Shown here: piece by piece, positions 1-10,100 of the stretch | How positions within the stretch are numbered: the first letter of the stretch is position 1 | Layout of the letters: each line of letters opens with the position of its first letter | DNA from: Candidatus Omnitrophota bacterium | GTDB lineage: Bacteria > Omnitrophota > Gorgyraeia > B26-G9 > JBDRCZ01 | Direction of reading: 5' to 3' | NCBI GenBank assembly: GCA_043821285.1 | Contig: JBDRCZ010000027.1 | Coordinates: 18,988 to 82,987, forward strand | Length of the DNA stretch: 64,000 nucleotides | Notes under the pieces: generated by a model | Told to the model about the DNA's origin: nothing | Databases searched by the model: none | What the model saw: only the letters and a program-made list of their open reading frames with translations | Translations under genes and position numbers: made by a program

Positions 1-545
1 TATTTAGTCAACGAGCCATTGATTTTGCCATAATCTCTTTATAAATTCATGGTAAGGTAAAATAAGTATGCTGGATTGTGTACGACGGGCATTTTTTTCT
101 AAGGAGACAACAAGAAGATGTTGAACTGCGGGGGTGTTCCTCGCTTAATATATTCATGAATATTTATACCACTACTATAATATATACTATATGCTAGAGT
201 ATTTGCAAAATATCTATTTTTTATACCTTCCCGCTAAGTCGCCAAGCTCGCTAAGGTTTTTGGAAGTAATAAATAAAAGCAAGATGACAGGAACCGGGGA
301 GATATTACAGAAGTAAGTCTTATGTGACATTCAAGATGACCGGAGAATATCTTTTGCTGCCTTAAGGAATCTTTTTGCGCTTTTCGCAGTCGCCGCGGCT
401 CCCTTCTGAGAAAAAATTCTGTGATAATCAGCTTCTTCTCTTAAAATCATACGGATTTTCTTTGAATGAGCCCTTGCTTATGCAGTCGATTTAAACATCG
501 TTAGCTGAACCATAGCTTATTTTAGCTCCTCTGGCGATTTTTTTA

Positions 546-1754
546 TCAGATCAGTTGGCTGAGAAATGTTTGTGCAGGGACAATAATTGGTAAGGTGTGT
601 TTGAAGCAATTCTCGGGAACATATTCCATGTCAAAAACTACTTGAAATGCATGCTGCGCTTTAGTTTTTTCCTGAAAATAAATCAAATTTTTACTTAGCC
701 CGGTATTTGTAGACAATTTTGCTTCAACTAAAAACCACGGTTTTTTATCGCGTGAGACTAAAAAGTCTACCTCCCGCTTTTCCTTGTCGCGGATAAACCA
801 CAAATCATAACGCCCTAGCCCACAATCGGTCCAAAAATGCACCGCCTTTAATAAATGCGCGGCTACTAAATTTTCAAACTGATGTCCCGGATTATCAACA
901 TTAACCCAATCCCATAAATAAATTTTAGGTTCTTTGAGCAAGGAACGGGGAATATTTTTGGACCATGGTTGCAGAGTAAAACAATAAAAAAAGGACTGTA
1001 ATGTTTTAATCCAACGCTGGATTGTCCCTGATGACATATTAATCTTATTCGCCAAGTTGCTGTAGTTAGTTAATTGCCCGGTCTGATGCTTTAATATTTC
1101 TGCTAAAAGTTCAATTTGTCCCAACTCTTGGATGCGGCTTAGATCCCGGACATCTTCCCGGATCAGCTGTTCTTGACGCAGGGCTTTCCAGCGGTTTAGG
1201 AACCTGGGGTCGTTTTTTAAAAACGGTTCAGGAAAGCCGCCATTTTTGAGTAAGTTTTCAAAATCTTGATTTTTATTTTGAAAAGGCGGATTAATTTCTT
1301 TGTCGAATACATCCACCCGTCCCAGTTCTGCCAAGGATAATTGGTGTAGGCGATAAGAGAAATATCTTCCCATTAAACTGTCCCCGCCTTTTTTGTAAAT
1401 ATCTAATCGTGAGCTACCCGTGACAATAATATTTACTTTTCCCTTGTAAGTATCAAAAAAACCTTTGAGGAACGTTTTCCATTTATTATATTTGTGAATT
1501 TCATCAAAGACCAGAATAGGGATAGCGGAAGAAAGTTTGTCTAATCCGGCAAAATGGGCAACAGAACTTACACCTTCGAGAATAATTTTTCTATGGTCTA
1601 AATTATCCCAGTTAAGATAGGCAAACTGATTGGTGAACTCTTTGGCCATTAGACTAACAGTAGTTTTACCGGCCTGCCGTGGTCCTATAAGAAAAATCAT
1701 TTGCTGCTGGCGGGTAAAATGATCTTTGATAACAGATGTGTAAATTCTTTTCAT
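546..1754 (-). CDS. AAA family ATPase (AAA_14 + DUF4143-type C-terminal domain)
   Basis: Walker A GPRQAGKT, Walker B LVFDEIH, VTGSS, GGFPE, KIYLWD, FENLVA, EVDF..LVEAK motifs typical of AAA_14/DUF4143 proteins. Confidence 0.9.
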   Translation of the reverse strand: MKRIYTSVIKDHFTRQQQMIFLIGPRQAGKTTVSLMAKEFTNQFAYLNWDNLDHRKIILEGVSSVAHFAGLDKLSSAIPILVFDEIHKYNKWKTFLKGFFDTYKGKVNIIVTGSSRLDIYKKGGDSLMGRYFSYRLHQLSLAELGRVDVFDKEINPPFQNKNQDFENLLKNGGFPEPFLKNDPRFLNRWKALRQEQLIREDVRDLSRIQELGQIELLAEILKHQTGQLTNYSNLANKINMSSGTIQRWIKTLQSFFYCFTLQPWSKNIPRSLLKEPKIYLWDWVNVDNPGHQFENLVAAHLLKAVHFWTDCGLGRYDLWFIRDKEKREVDFLVSRDKKPWFLVEAKLSTNTGLSKNLIYFQEKTKAQHAFQVVFDMEYVPENCFKHTLPIIVPAQTFLSQLI

Positions 1755-1904
1755 AGTTTCCTCCGTGCACTATTTTACCTGGCTTTTGAACGTGTTCCAT
1801 CTACGACTATTTTACCATACATATTAAATTAGTCAAGACTATTTCGAGATACTGCTTGTTTTAGTCAGGAAGAAAAAAGAAACAAAAAGTAGGTAATTAC
1901 AATA

Positions 1905-2100
1905 TTCGTGTTCATCCGTGTCATTTGTGGTTTGAATATTTTTTTAACCACCAATTACACCAATCCTCACGAATAAATCTTTTTACGATTAATGTTAGCT
2001 GTGGGTTAACTGTTTTTTTAGCCACGGATAATTTACACGGATGTGGCCCAGATGTATAAAATTTTTATCCGTGTGTAATCAGTGAAAATCAGTGGTTTCA
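1905..2100. repeat. 9-bp-period CACGGAT/CACGAAT/CACAGAT arrays in inverted pairs
   Basis: ATTCGTG-TTCATCCGTG-TCATTTGTGG vs CCACCAAT-TACACCAAT-CCTCACGAAT; CCACGGAT..ACACGGAT vs ATCCGTGT..ATCAGTG; same family near 4412, 9966, 11890, 61681. Confidence 0.75.
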
Positions 2101-2324
2101 AGTATTTTAAAACCTATTGCTAAGCCGTGATATCAACATATACAGATAGCCTGATAAATGAGCAGACAATTTATGTAGTGTAAACTACGTAAATTGTAGA
2201 ACTATGTCCGTCTGCGAATTTAATCCGCCAGCTTGTTGGGCGGATATACCCCTAATTGCACGAATTGTCACGAATAAATTTTTTTGTAGTCACAACAAGT
2301 CACATTATGATAAAATAATAAATT

Positions 2325-2792
2325 ATGGGAAAAAAGAAAATGATTGCGGTCATTGGCGCATCGCAGCCCCCGGCAGATTTGCTCAAAGTAGCAGAGGAAG
2401 CAGGTCGTTTGATTGCCGAAAATGGTGCCGTGCTCGTGTGTGGGGGGTTGGGAGGAGTGATGGAGGCTGCGGCACGCGGGGCAAAATCCGGCCAGGGGCT
2501 AACCATTGGAATATTACCCTCCCATGACAAAACCAGCGCAAACCCGTATATCGATATTGTTATCCCCACCGGGCTTTCTGAAGCGCGTAATGTGATTGTT
2601 GCCTCCGCGGCAGATGTGGTGATTAGTATTGGCGGAGGATATGGCACCCTGTCAGAGATTGCCTTTGCTTTACAACATTATATCCCGGTTATTGGCATAA
2701 ATACCTGGGAGGCAAAACAGAAAGATTTAACCGCCAAAATTATCAGGGTTTCTTCAGCAAAAGAAGCGATAACCCGGGCGATGGAGTTATAA
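2325..2792 (+). CDS. TIGR00725 / LOG-family (Rossmann) protein
   Basis: IAVIG, CGGLGGVMEAAARGA, ARNVIV, GGGYGTLSEIAFAL motifs. Confidence 0.9.
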   Translation: MGKKKMIAVIGASQPPADLLKVAEEAGRLIAENGAVLVCGGLGGVMEAAARGAKSGQGLTIGILPSHDKTSANPYIDIVIPTGLSEARNVIVASAADVVISIGGGYGTLSEIAFALQHYIPVIGINTWEAKQKDLTAKIIRVSSAKEAITRAMEL

Positions 2793-2794
2793 CC

Positions 2795-2888
2795 ACGTAT
2801 TGCGTATTGAGTATCGAGTATTGAGCATAAAAAATAAAAGGCGACAAATAAAAACGCAATACTCAATACGCATCACTCAATACGAGAT
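2795..2888. repeat. 7-bp GTATTGC/GTATTGA array with inverted partner
   Basis: same family at 8381-8467, 12763-12824, 53581-53632, 55354-55372. Confidence 0.75.
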
Positions 2889-2889
2889 A

Positions 2890-4287
2890 ATGTTTGTAGA
2901 AAAGTTAAATATATCTGCATCGCCGGCTGCGGCATTTAGCGGGATAAAAGATCTGCCGTATGCGATGTTATTAGAAAGCCAGAAATTTTCCCGCACCATG
3001 GGCCGGTTTTCTTTTTTGTTTGCTTATCCGGAAGTTGTTTTTATGAATAATCGCAATAAGATAACAATATTGCGTAACGCGAAAAAGGAATTTTTTTTCG
3101 GCGACCCGTTCATGGTCATAAGAGAGCTCTTAAAGGAATTTAAAAATAAAAGGGAGCATGCTTACCTCCCCTTTTCCGGTATGGCCGTGGGATATTTTGG
3201 TTATGAACTGCGCCATTTTATTGAAAAAGTGCCGGCGGCAAAGGCGGATATTTTTACCATCCCGGATTGTGTGCTTGGGTTTTATAACCAGGCGGTTATT
3301 TATGACCACCTAAAAAAAAAGGTCTACTATGCAGCATGTGCGCCGGATAAAAAACCCAGTTTAAAGCATGCGGTTTTAAAACAAATAAGCCGTCAGGAAA
3401 ATTTTAGACAAATAAACGGCAGGGATTATTGTTTACACTTGCACTCAAATTTTACGAAAACAAAATATATCGCGGCAGTAAACAGTGTCAAGAGATATAT
3501 AAAAAACGGTGATATTTACCAGGCAAATCTTGCACAGCGCTTTACCGGAAAATGCCGTCTGCATCCCTATATCCTCTATGAACGTTTGAGAAAAATAAAC
3601 CCGGTCTGCTACGGCGCATATCTGAATTTTGGGGATTTTACGATTGTTAGCGCCTCGCCGGAAAAATTCTTAACCCTCAAGGGACGTCATGTTTCAACAA
3701 GACCGATGAAAGGCACCCGCCCCCGTGGAGATACTGCCCACGAGGATCGTAAGTTAAAAAACGAACTTATCAAGAGCGCAAAAGATAAAGCAGAATTGGT
3801 GATGATTGTTGATCTGGAAAGAAATGACCTGGGCCGGGTATGTGCGTACCGGAGTATCGAAGTAAAGAGACTGCGAATACTCGAGAGTTATGCCACGGTG
3901 TTTCAGACAACCTCAGTAATTGACGGCAGATTGATAAAAGGTAAAGATGCGCTTGATCTTTTGCGGGCATGTTTCCCCGGCGGCTCAATCACCGGTGCGC
4001 CGAAAATAAGGGCAATGGAGATAATCAGCGAAATAGAACAGTTGAAACGCTCCGTTTATACTGGTGCGATTGGGTACATCGGGTTTTCCGGTGATATGGA
4101 TTTATCCATTGCCATAAGAACGTTGGTCTGGAAAAATAATAATGTATGTTTTCATGTCGGCGGGGGGATTGTGGCGGATTCTACCGGGGAACAGGAATAT
4201 CAGGAGACTCTCCATAAGGCGAAAGCATTATTATGCGCGATATCAGCACCAGAACCACGGATGATACAGATTGAAGGAATAAGCTAA
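2890..4287 (+). CDS. pabB: aminodeoxychorismate synthase component I
   Basis: LLES, GDIYQANL, SPEKF, RPMKGT, AELVMIVDLERNDLGRVC, FPGGSITGAPK, GGGIVADS; start moved to ATG 2890 because the upstream in-frame codons are a repeat tract. Confidence 0.88.
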   Translation: MFVEKLNISASPAAAFSGIKDLPYAMLLESQKFSRTMGRFSFLFAYPEVVFMNNRNKITILRNAKKEFFFGDPFMVIRELLKEFKNKREHAYLPFSGMAVGYFGYELRHFIEKVPAAKADIFTIPDCVLGFYNQAVIYDHLKKKVYYAACAPDKKPSLKHAVLKQISRQENFRQINGRDYCLHLHSNFTKTKYIAAVNSVKRYIKNGDIYQANLAQRFTGKCRLHPYILYERLRKINPVCYGAYLNFGDFTIVSASPEKFLTLKGRHVSTRPMKGTRPRGDTAHEDRKLKNELIKSAKDKAELVMIVDLERNDLGRVCAYRSIEVKRLRILESYATVFQTTSVIDGRLIKGKDALDLLRACFPGGSITGAPKIRAMEIISEIEQLKRSVYTGAIGYIGFSGDMDLSIAIRTLVWKNNNVCFHVGGGIVADSTGEQEYQETLHKAKALLCAISAPEPRMIQIEGIS

Positions 4288-4289
4288 AT

Positions 4290-4600
4290 ATCCGCCACAA
4301 AGCGTTGGCGTCCTCCACAAAGTTAAAGATCCGCCAATGTTTTGTGGAGGAATTGGCGGACAAGGATTGAATTCCCCGCCATGTTTTTTGGCGGGTCATT
4401 TAAAAAGATAAAGCCACGAATTAACACACTTCGACTGCGCTCAGTGTTAAGAAAAGTCCTGAGTCTATCGAAGGACACTGATTGGACACGGATGAAAAAA
4501 GACGAAGCGTAAATATTAAACTGGAGTATTCCCTGTAGCTTGCTACAGGGTGGCTTCATTAAAAATCCGTGTTTCATCCGTGGCTAAAAAAATAATCTGT
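4290..4600. repeat. cluster of REP-like hairpins and short repeats
   Basis: CCGCCACAAAGCGTTGGCG, CTTCGACTGCGCTCAG..CTGAGTCTATCGAAG, CCCTGTAGCTTGCTACAGGG. Confidence 0.7.
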
Positions 4601-4664
4601 GGTTGCTTATTGGAAGTGTAGGGAATGTTTAGCAAAACCAAAATCAGAATAAGGAGAAATTAAT

Positions 4665-5030
4665 ATGTACGGACGGCAGCGGCGGCGGTATTTACGGGTG
4701 GTGATATCAATAGACGTTGAATTCAAAGAATTGAATGACCCGGCAGGTGTTTTTATCGCGAAAACTATTGATATTAGCGCCGGAGGGATGAGAGTAATTC
4801 TCCCGGAATATAAAGAAATCGGGAGCGTGTTCAGTATGTCCTTTGTATTGGAAAATCAACACACAGTTGCCGATGTTCAGGGAACAATTGTCTGGAATAA
4901 AGAGAACATGGACACAGACAATAAACCGGTATATGAAGCCGGAGTGCTTTACACGGCAATAGATTTAGAAACCAGGCATAATGTTATAAAATTTGTCTAT
5001 GAAGAATTAAGGAGTAAGCACAACCTGTAA
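4665..5030 (+). CDS. PilZ domain (c-di-GMP-binding) protein
   Basis: RRRYLR (RxxxR) and DISAGG (DxSxxG) motifs; AGGAG RBS. Confidence 0.88.
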   Translation: MYGRQRRRYLRVVISIDVEFKELNDPAGVFIAKTIDISAGGMRVILPEYKEIGSVFSMSFVLENQHTVADVQGTIVWNKENMDTDNKPVYEAGVLYTAIDLETRHNVIKFVYEELRSKHNL

Positions 5031-5241
5031 ACTTAAATATTCTTTGTAGCAAGCTATAGGGTAAAAAGTTTTGTTTTTTTACGGAATTGTCGAAGACCCG
5101 CCACAAAGCGTTGGCGGGCAGGTCCGCCGTGGCGGGGGTAAAGAAAAAGCCACTTGTATTCGCCTCGGCGGAAGAACGGAAAATGATTACATTTTCCGTG
5201 TATGAAGATACTCCGCAGCAGGATAGCGGAGGAGATTCATT

Positions 5242-7509
5242 ATGCTGCGAAAAATATTACTTTTAATTTTATTCGTCGGGATCGCGCCGCTGGTGATTGG
5301 CATGTTCGTGTTTTATTTTGAGCAGACCGTGCTGATTAGGGAGACGACCGGACGCGACTTTCAGCAGGCCGCCGAACAGATTGCGCAGAGAATAGATACG
5401 GTTGTTAATGCACAGGTTGCCTTGTTGAAAAAGATTGCCACAAGCCCGCAATTGAGATATTTGCTTAATGAAGAGAAGAAAGAATTGCTTGCCGCCTTTT
5501 TGATTAATGAAGCGAAAAAATACCATTTATTTGAACTCCGTGAACTCAGGATAATCAACGAACACTCCGAGGGGGAAGAAGATAAACAGCTCTGGATGTA
5601 CGTTGTTGGACCGGGCAAGGGGGAGTATTTAAGTGATATCTGGTATGATAAAGATAAGAGACAGTTTTTTATAGATGCCGCGGTTAGGATAACCGATGAA
5701 ATGTCTAATAAACGGGCAGTGTTGAAAACAATACTTCCGGCAAATGCGATTGGGATGATCATCCATGAATGGCAAAGAGGTAGTACGGGATATACGCGAA
5801 TGGTTACAATTAACGGACAGGTGATTGTTTCCCCGCGGCAAGTAAACATGTTACCTTATAAACTAAATGCGGCATTAACCGGACAAATTACGCAGTTTCG
5901 AAACGGCTGGACAGAGGCGAAAGAAGAAGGTGAACGAATTCTGCACGGATTTTCCCCGGTCAAAGCAAGTTACCGCGTAAAAGGCGGGGTGTTTGGTGAG
6001 TATAAGTGGTTTGTTTTGGTCTCGCAAAATAGTAATGAAGCATTAATCAAGATCTATAGATTTATCGTGAAATCAATTCTTCTGGGGATTGCGCTGATTA
6101 CGATAATTGTTCTGGTTGGCGGCTATGTAACCTATAAGTTTATTCAGCCGATAAAACTTCTCGGCCGCGGGGTAAGGATTATCGGGCAGGGTAACCTTAG
6201 TTACCGGTTGAATATTAATACCGGTGACGAGATTGAAGAACTGAGCCGGGAATTTAATCAAATGGCAGTTAAACTGAAAGACATCTATGATCATCTTGAA
6301 GATAAAATTCTTGAAAGGACAAAAAAGATAAAAGAGGCAAACACCCGGCTGCAGAAAAATCAGATAGAATTACAGGCAGCCCAGGGACAACTGCTGGCCG
6401 TTGCCGAAGAATTGGAATATGCCAATGCGCGGATGGAAGAGCAGACAAGGGAATTAGAGCGTCTTAGTCAGGTAAAGTCTGATTTTGTATCGATGGTCTC
6501 GCATGAACTGCGTACCCCGCTGGCGGCGATGAAGGAGGGGGTATCATTGGTTGCGGATGGTTCGGCGGGAAGTCTTACCCCGCTGCAAAAAAAATTGCTG
6601 GGCATCACCGCGTCTAATATTGACCGGCTGGCAAGATTGATTAATGAACTGCTGGACCTCTCGAAAATAGAATCCGGTAAGATCGAGATGAAATTTCAGG
6701 AAACGCAGATTGAAAAGTTGATAAAAAGCAGTATCGAGATAATGCAGCCGCATGCCCGTTCGGAAAATATCGAGCTAAAAGTGCAATTGGAAGATAATTT
6801 GCCGGCAATAGTTGTTGATATCGACAGGATATTACAGGTGTTATCTAATTTGATAAACAATGCCATAAAATTTACTCCGCCGCAGGGGATAATTACCGTC
6901 TGCGTGCAGGATCGAGATACGGAATTTATCGAAGTTGCCGTAGAGGATACCGGGGTAGGAATAAGCCGGGAAGATGTGGCAAAACTTTTTCAGAAATTTC
7001 AGCAGTTAGATAATGCCGGGGCCGTGAGGAAACCCGGCGGCACCGGGCTGGGACTGGCAATATCTAAAAATATAATTATTGCCCACGGCGGGAAAATGGA
7101 CGTTATTAGTGAGCCCAAAAAAGGCAGCCGGTTCTTTTTTACTCTGCCTAAGTATACCGAGGTAATTAATGCGTATAAGTATCTTGACAAGAGAATAGAG
7201 TTTGCCGAAAAGAACGTTACGAGTATTGCTTTAATAATCATGGAATTAGCTAAGCCCGCTGATGCCGCGGCGGTTGTTGAGCAGCTAAAACATATTGCCC
7301 GGCGGCCAAATGATAAAATAGAATATCTGGGCGGTAAAAACATAATGATCGTCTTGGATGTAGATAAAAATGGCGCCCAATTTGTTGCAAACAGAATAAA
7401 AGAAAAAATCAACGCGCACTATAATTTTAAGATTGGTGCCGGAGTCTATCCGGAAGATGCAACCGAAAGAGACGATTTAGTAAGGATTGCAAAACAAAGG
7501 AAAGTATAA
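5242..7509 (+). CDS. membrane sensor histidine kinase (periplasmic sensor, HAMP, HisKA, HATPase, degenerate GGDEF-like tail)
   Basis: two TM segments, GDEIEELSREFNQM (HAMP), SHELRTPL H-box, NLINNAIKFT, DTGVG, GTGLGL. Confidence 0.93.
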   Translation: MLRKILLLILFVGIAPLVIGMFVFYFEQTVLIRETTGRDFQQAAEQIAQRIDTVVNAQVALLKKIATSPQLRYLLNEEKKELLAAFLINEAKKYHLFELRELRIINEHSEGEEDKQLWMYVVGPGKGEYLSDIWYDKDKRQFFIDAAVRITDEMSNKRAVLKTILPANAIGMIIHEWQRGSTGYTRMVTINGQVIVSPRQVNMLPYKLNAALTGQITQFRNGWTEAKEEGERILHGFSPVKASYRVKGGVFGEYKWFVLVSQNSNEALIKIYRFIVKSILLGIALITIIVLVGGYVTYKFIQPIKLLGRGVRIIGQGNLSYRLNINTGDEIEELSREFNQMAVKLKDIYDHLEDKILERTKKIKEANTRLQKNQIELQAAQGQLLAVAEELEYANARMEEQTRELERLSQVKSDFVSMVSHELRTPLAAMKEGVSLVADGSAGSLTPLQKKLLGITASNIDRLARLINELLDLSKIESGKIEMKFQETQIEKLIKSSIEIMQPHARSENIELKVQLEDNLPAIVVDIDRILQVLSNLINNAIKFTPPQGIITVCVQDRDTEFIEVAVEDTGVGISREDVAKLFQKFQQLDNAGAVRKPGGTGLGLAISKNIIIAHGGKMDVISEPKKGSRFFFTLPKYTEVINAYKYLDKRIEFAEKNVTSIALIIMELAKPADAAAVVEQLKHIARRPNDKIEYLGGKNIMIVLDVDKNGAQFVANRIKEKINAHYNFKIGAGVYPEDATERDDLVRIAKQRKV

Positions 7510-8381
7510 TGGGCTATATCTTTTTCTTAAATGGCCGGTTTGTTCCGGAAGAACAGGCAAAGGTTTCTGTCCTGGAGAGAGGATTTTTGTATGGTGACGG
7601 CGTTTTTGAAACCATGCGCAGCTATCAGGGAAAAATATTTCGCATTGACGAGCATCTCAGCCGTTTAAAAGATGCCTTAGACAAGTTAATGATTACTCCG
7701 TCCGATGATATTTCCCAATTAAAAAAAAATACCTTTGAGGTTTTGCACCGCAATAAATTATCAGAAGCATATATGCGGATAAATATAACCCGCGGGCTAT
7801 TTATGCAGCCGCAAGAAAAGACAAGCAAACATATTGCAACGATGCTGATCTTGATACGTAAGTTTATCCCTTACCCGGATAAATGCTACCGGCAGGGGAT
7901 CAGGGCAATTATTGCCACCACGCGGCAGAATGAAAACTCCCCGCTGGCAAATATAAAATCATTGAATTATCTCAATAATCTTATGGCAAAAACCGAAGCC
8001 CTAAGACGCGGGGCGCAGGAAGCAATAATGTTAAACAGTAAAGGACTGGTCTGCGAGGGGGCAATCAGTAATATATTTATTGTAAAAGGGAAAGATCTAT
8101 ATACCCCAGCCATAACTACCGGATGCCTAAATGGGATAACCCGTAATACCGTAATCGAAATTGCCCGCCGGAAACAGATTTTGGTTAAAGAAACAGATAT
8201 TAGCATCGAACAGCTCTCCGGCGCAGATGAGATATTTATCACCAACTCGCTGATGGAGGTTATGCCGGTAGTTGAGATAAATAACCGGCGGATAAATAGA
8301 GCAAGAATTGGACGTCTGACGCAGTTTTTGATGAAAGAATATAGGAAGGTTGTGGAACACGAAACGCGACACAGCAAATAA
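7509..8381 (+). CDS. class IV aminotransferase (4-amino-4-deoxychorismate lyase / branched-chain aminotransferase-like)
   Basis: RGFLYGDGVFET, HLSRL, IKSLNYL (PLP lysine), EGAISNIF, LNGITR; proximity to pabB favours PabC. Confidence 0.88.
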   Translation: MGYIFFLNGRFVPEEQAKVSVLERGFLYGDGVFETMRSYQGKIFRIDEHLSRLKDALDKLMITPSDDISQLKKNTFEVLHRNKLSEAYMRINITRGLFMQPQEKTSKHIATMLILIRKFIPYPDKCYRQGIRAIIATTRQNENSPLANIKSLNYLNNLMAKTEALRRGAQEAIMLNSKGLVCEGAISNIFIVKGKDLYTPAITTGCLNGITRNTVIEIARRKQILVKETDISIEQLSGADEIFITNSLMEVMPVVEINNRRINRARIGRLTQFLMKEYRKVVEHETRHSK

Positions 8382-8480
8382 CGCGTGATGCGCATTGCGT
8401 ATTGAGTATAAAAAAAATAAAAAAAACGCAATGCTCACGGCGCAATACGAATCTAACACATTACGACAAAACTTCAAACA

Positions 8481-9656
8481 ATGAATATTAATAGAATTAT
8501 TACAGGATTATTTATTAAAAACATTGACAATACGAATAACCCCAGAGTACGTCAGCAGTGCGGATATCTTGCCAGCGGGGTAAGTATTGTTGTCAATATC
8601 TTGATTTTTATTTTTAAATTCATTTTTGGCACCGCGGCAAACAGTATTTCCTTAATTGCCGATTCTATTCATACGTTGTCTGATGTATTAACTTCAATAA
8701 TTGTATTGTTCAGTTTTAAAATATCTTATCACCCCGCGGACAAAGAACATCCTTTTGGCCACGGCCGTATGGAACATGTTGCCAGTTTAGTGCTGGCCGT
8801 ACTGCTTTTTGCCGTAGGCATTCATTTTTTTAACGATGCGCTGCTGCGCTTTGTGCGGCCGCAGGCAGTGACGGTAAATGCCTGGGTCATTATCGGACTG
8901 GGATTATCTATAATTCTAAAAGAATGGATGACCAGATTTACGTTATACCTCAGTAAAAAAATAGATGCCGCGGTGCTGGAAGCGGATGCCTGGCACCATC
9001 GTTCTGATGCCGTGACCTCGGTACTGGTGTTTATTGCCCTGTTTGGCGCAAAAAATAAACTTTTCAAAATTGATGCAATATTTGGTATATTGATTGCCCT
9101 GTTAATAATCTATATTGCCTGGAGAATCGCGAAAAAGGCGGTAAATCTTTTGCTGGGACAGAGCGTAGATGAAGCGGTAATAGGCGAGATTGAAAAATGC
9201 GCATATGAGGTGCCAGGGGTGGAAGGAGTGCATGATATTAAGGTGCATAATTACGGCACGTTTAATGCAATATCCCTGCACGTAGAGGTAGACAAAGGCA
9301 TTGATATGATACGGGCACAGGATATTGCCGGGTTAGTCGAACGCAGTATTGCCGGCAGATTTTTTTCGTCTCCAGTCGTCCGGATAGACCTGCGCGCAGA
9401 TTGTAAAAAGAAAAACATTTCTGCCGACCGGCATTTAAATATTGGCCGGATCATTTCTAAGCATAAAAACATCATTGGATTTCATGCTATTAATATGTTT
9501 TCTACCGACCGGGGCAGCCTGATTGATTTACATATTATTGTCGATCGGAACATGAGCATAGAAACAGCGCATCAGATAGAACATGCAGTTTCTGACGAAA
9601 TTAAACAGGAATTTATTGGTTATCAGGTTAATATCCACGTTGAACCGGGAACTTAA
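8481..9656 (+). CDS. cation diffusion facilitator (FieF-like) with duplicated C-terminal dimerisation domain
   Basis: SLIADSIHTLSD, HPFGHGRME, AWHHRSD; two ZT_dimer-like repeats, the last ending NIHVEP. Confidence 0.9.
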   Translation: MNINRIITGLFIKNIDNTNNPRVRQQCGYLASGVSIVVNILIFIFKFIFGTAANSISLIADSIHTLSDVLTSIIVLFSFKISYHPADKEHPFGHGRMEHVASLVLAVLLFAVGIHFFNDALLRFVRPQAVTVNAWVIIGLGLSIILKEWMTRFTLYLSKKIDAAVLEADAWHHRSDAVTSVLVFIALFGAKNKLFKIDAIFGILIALLIIYIAWRIAKKAVNLLLGQSVDEAVIGEIEKCAYEVPGVEGVHDIKVHNYGTFNAISLHVEVDKGIDMIRAQDIAGLVERSIAGRFFSSPVVRIDLRADCKKKNISADRHLNIGRIISKHKNIIGFHAINMFSTDRGSLIDLHIIVDRNMSIETAHQIEHAVSDEIKQEFIGYQVNIHVEPGT

Positions 9657-9719
9657 CTACAGATAATAAATGCGTATTGTGTATTCAGACTGTGTCGTAA
9701 TTAACAATACTCAAACAAA

Positions 9720-10065
9720 TTTTAACCACAGAGAACACAAAGTACACAGAGAAAAACTCTGAATAGCTTTATTCCTGCTCTGTGCTCTCTGTGTGCTCTG
9801 TGGTAAATTATTAATTTTTTAGTATAGCAAAAAAACATAACAAATTCCATAAAAAGTACTTATTACCGAAATAAATCAGACAGGATTAACCGGATAAAAA
9901 AAGATAAAAACTAATCGTGTTAATCATGTAAATCCTGTCAAAAGTAGTTATATTTTTTATTTTTCAACCACGAATTACACAAATCCACACGAATAAATTG
10001 AAGTAAAAGCTGAAAGGAATAAACAAAAAATATAGCCACGGATTTTCACGGATTGAACACGGAGA
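9720..10065. repeat. mosaic of three short-repeat families
   Basis: CACAGAG x3 with inverted CTCTGTG x3; ACAGGATT with inverted AATCCTGT; CACGAAT/CACGGAT arrays. Confidence 0.75.
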
Positions 10066-10100
10066 AAAAAGAGGAAGCAAAAAATAAGGGGTGAGGAAGT

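Noticed and set aside
474-512. attC-like half site (…CGTTAGCTG)
   Set aside because: No matching inverse core at a suitable distance and no integrase in the window
1905-2280. Possible CRISPR array
   Set aside because: Units are 7-9 bp and degenerate, with no 25-40 bp repeats, unique spacers or cas genes
2800-2889. N-terminal extension of pabB (likewise the 11956 and 47633 starts)
   Set aside because: The extensions translate intergenic repeat or promoter DNA; downstream ATGs fit the family starts or RBS better
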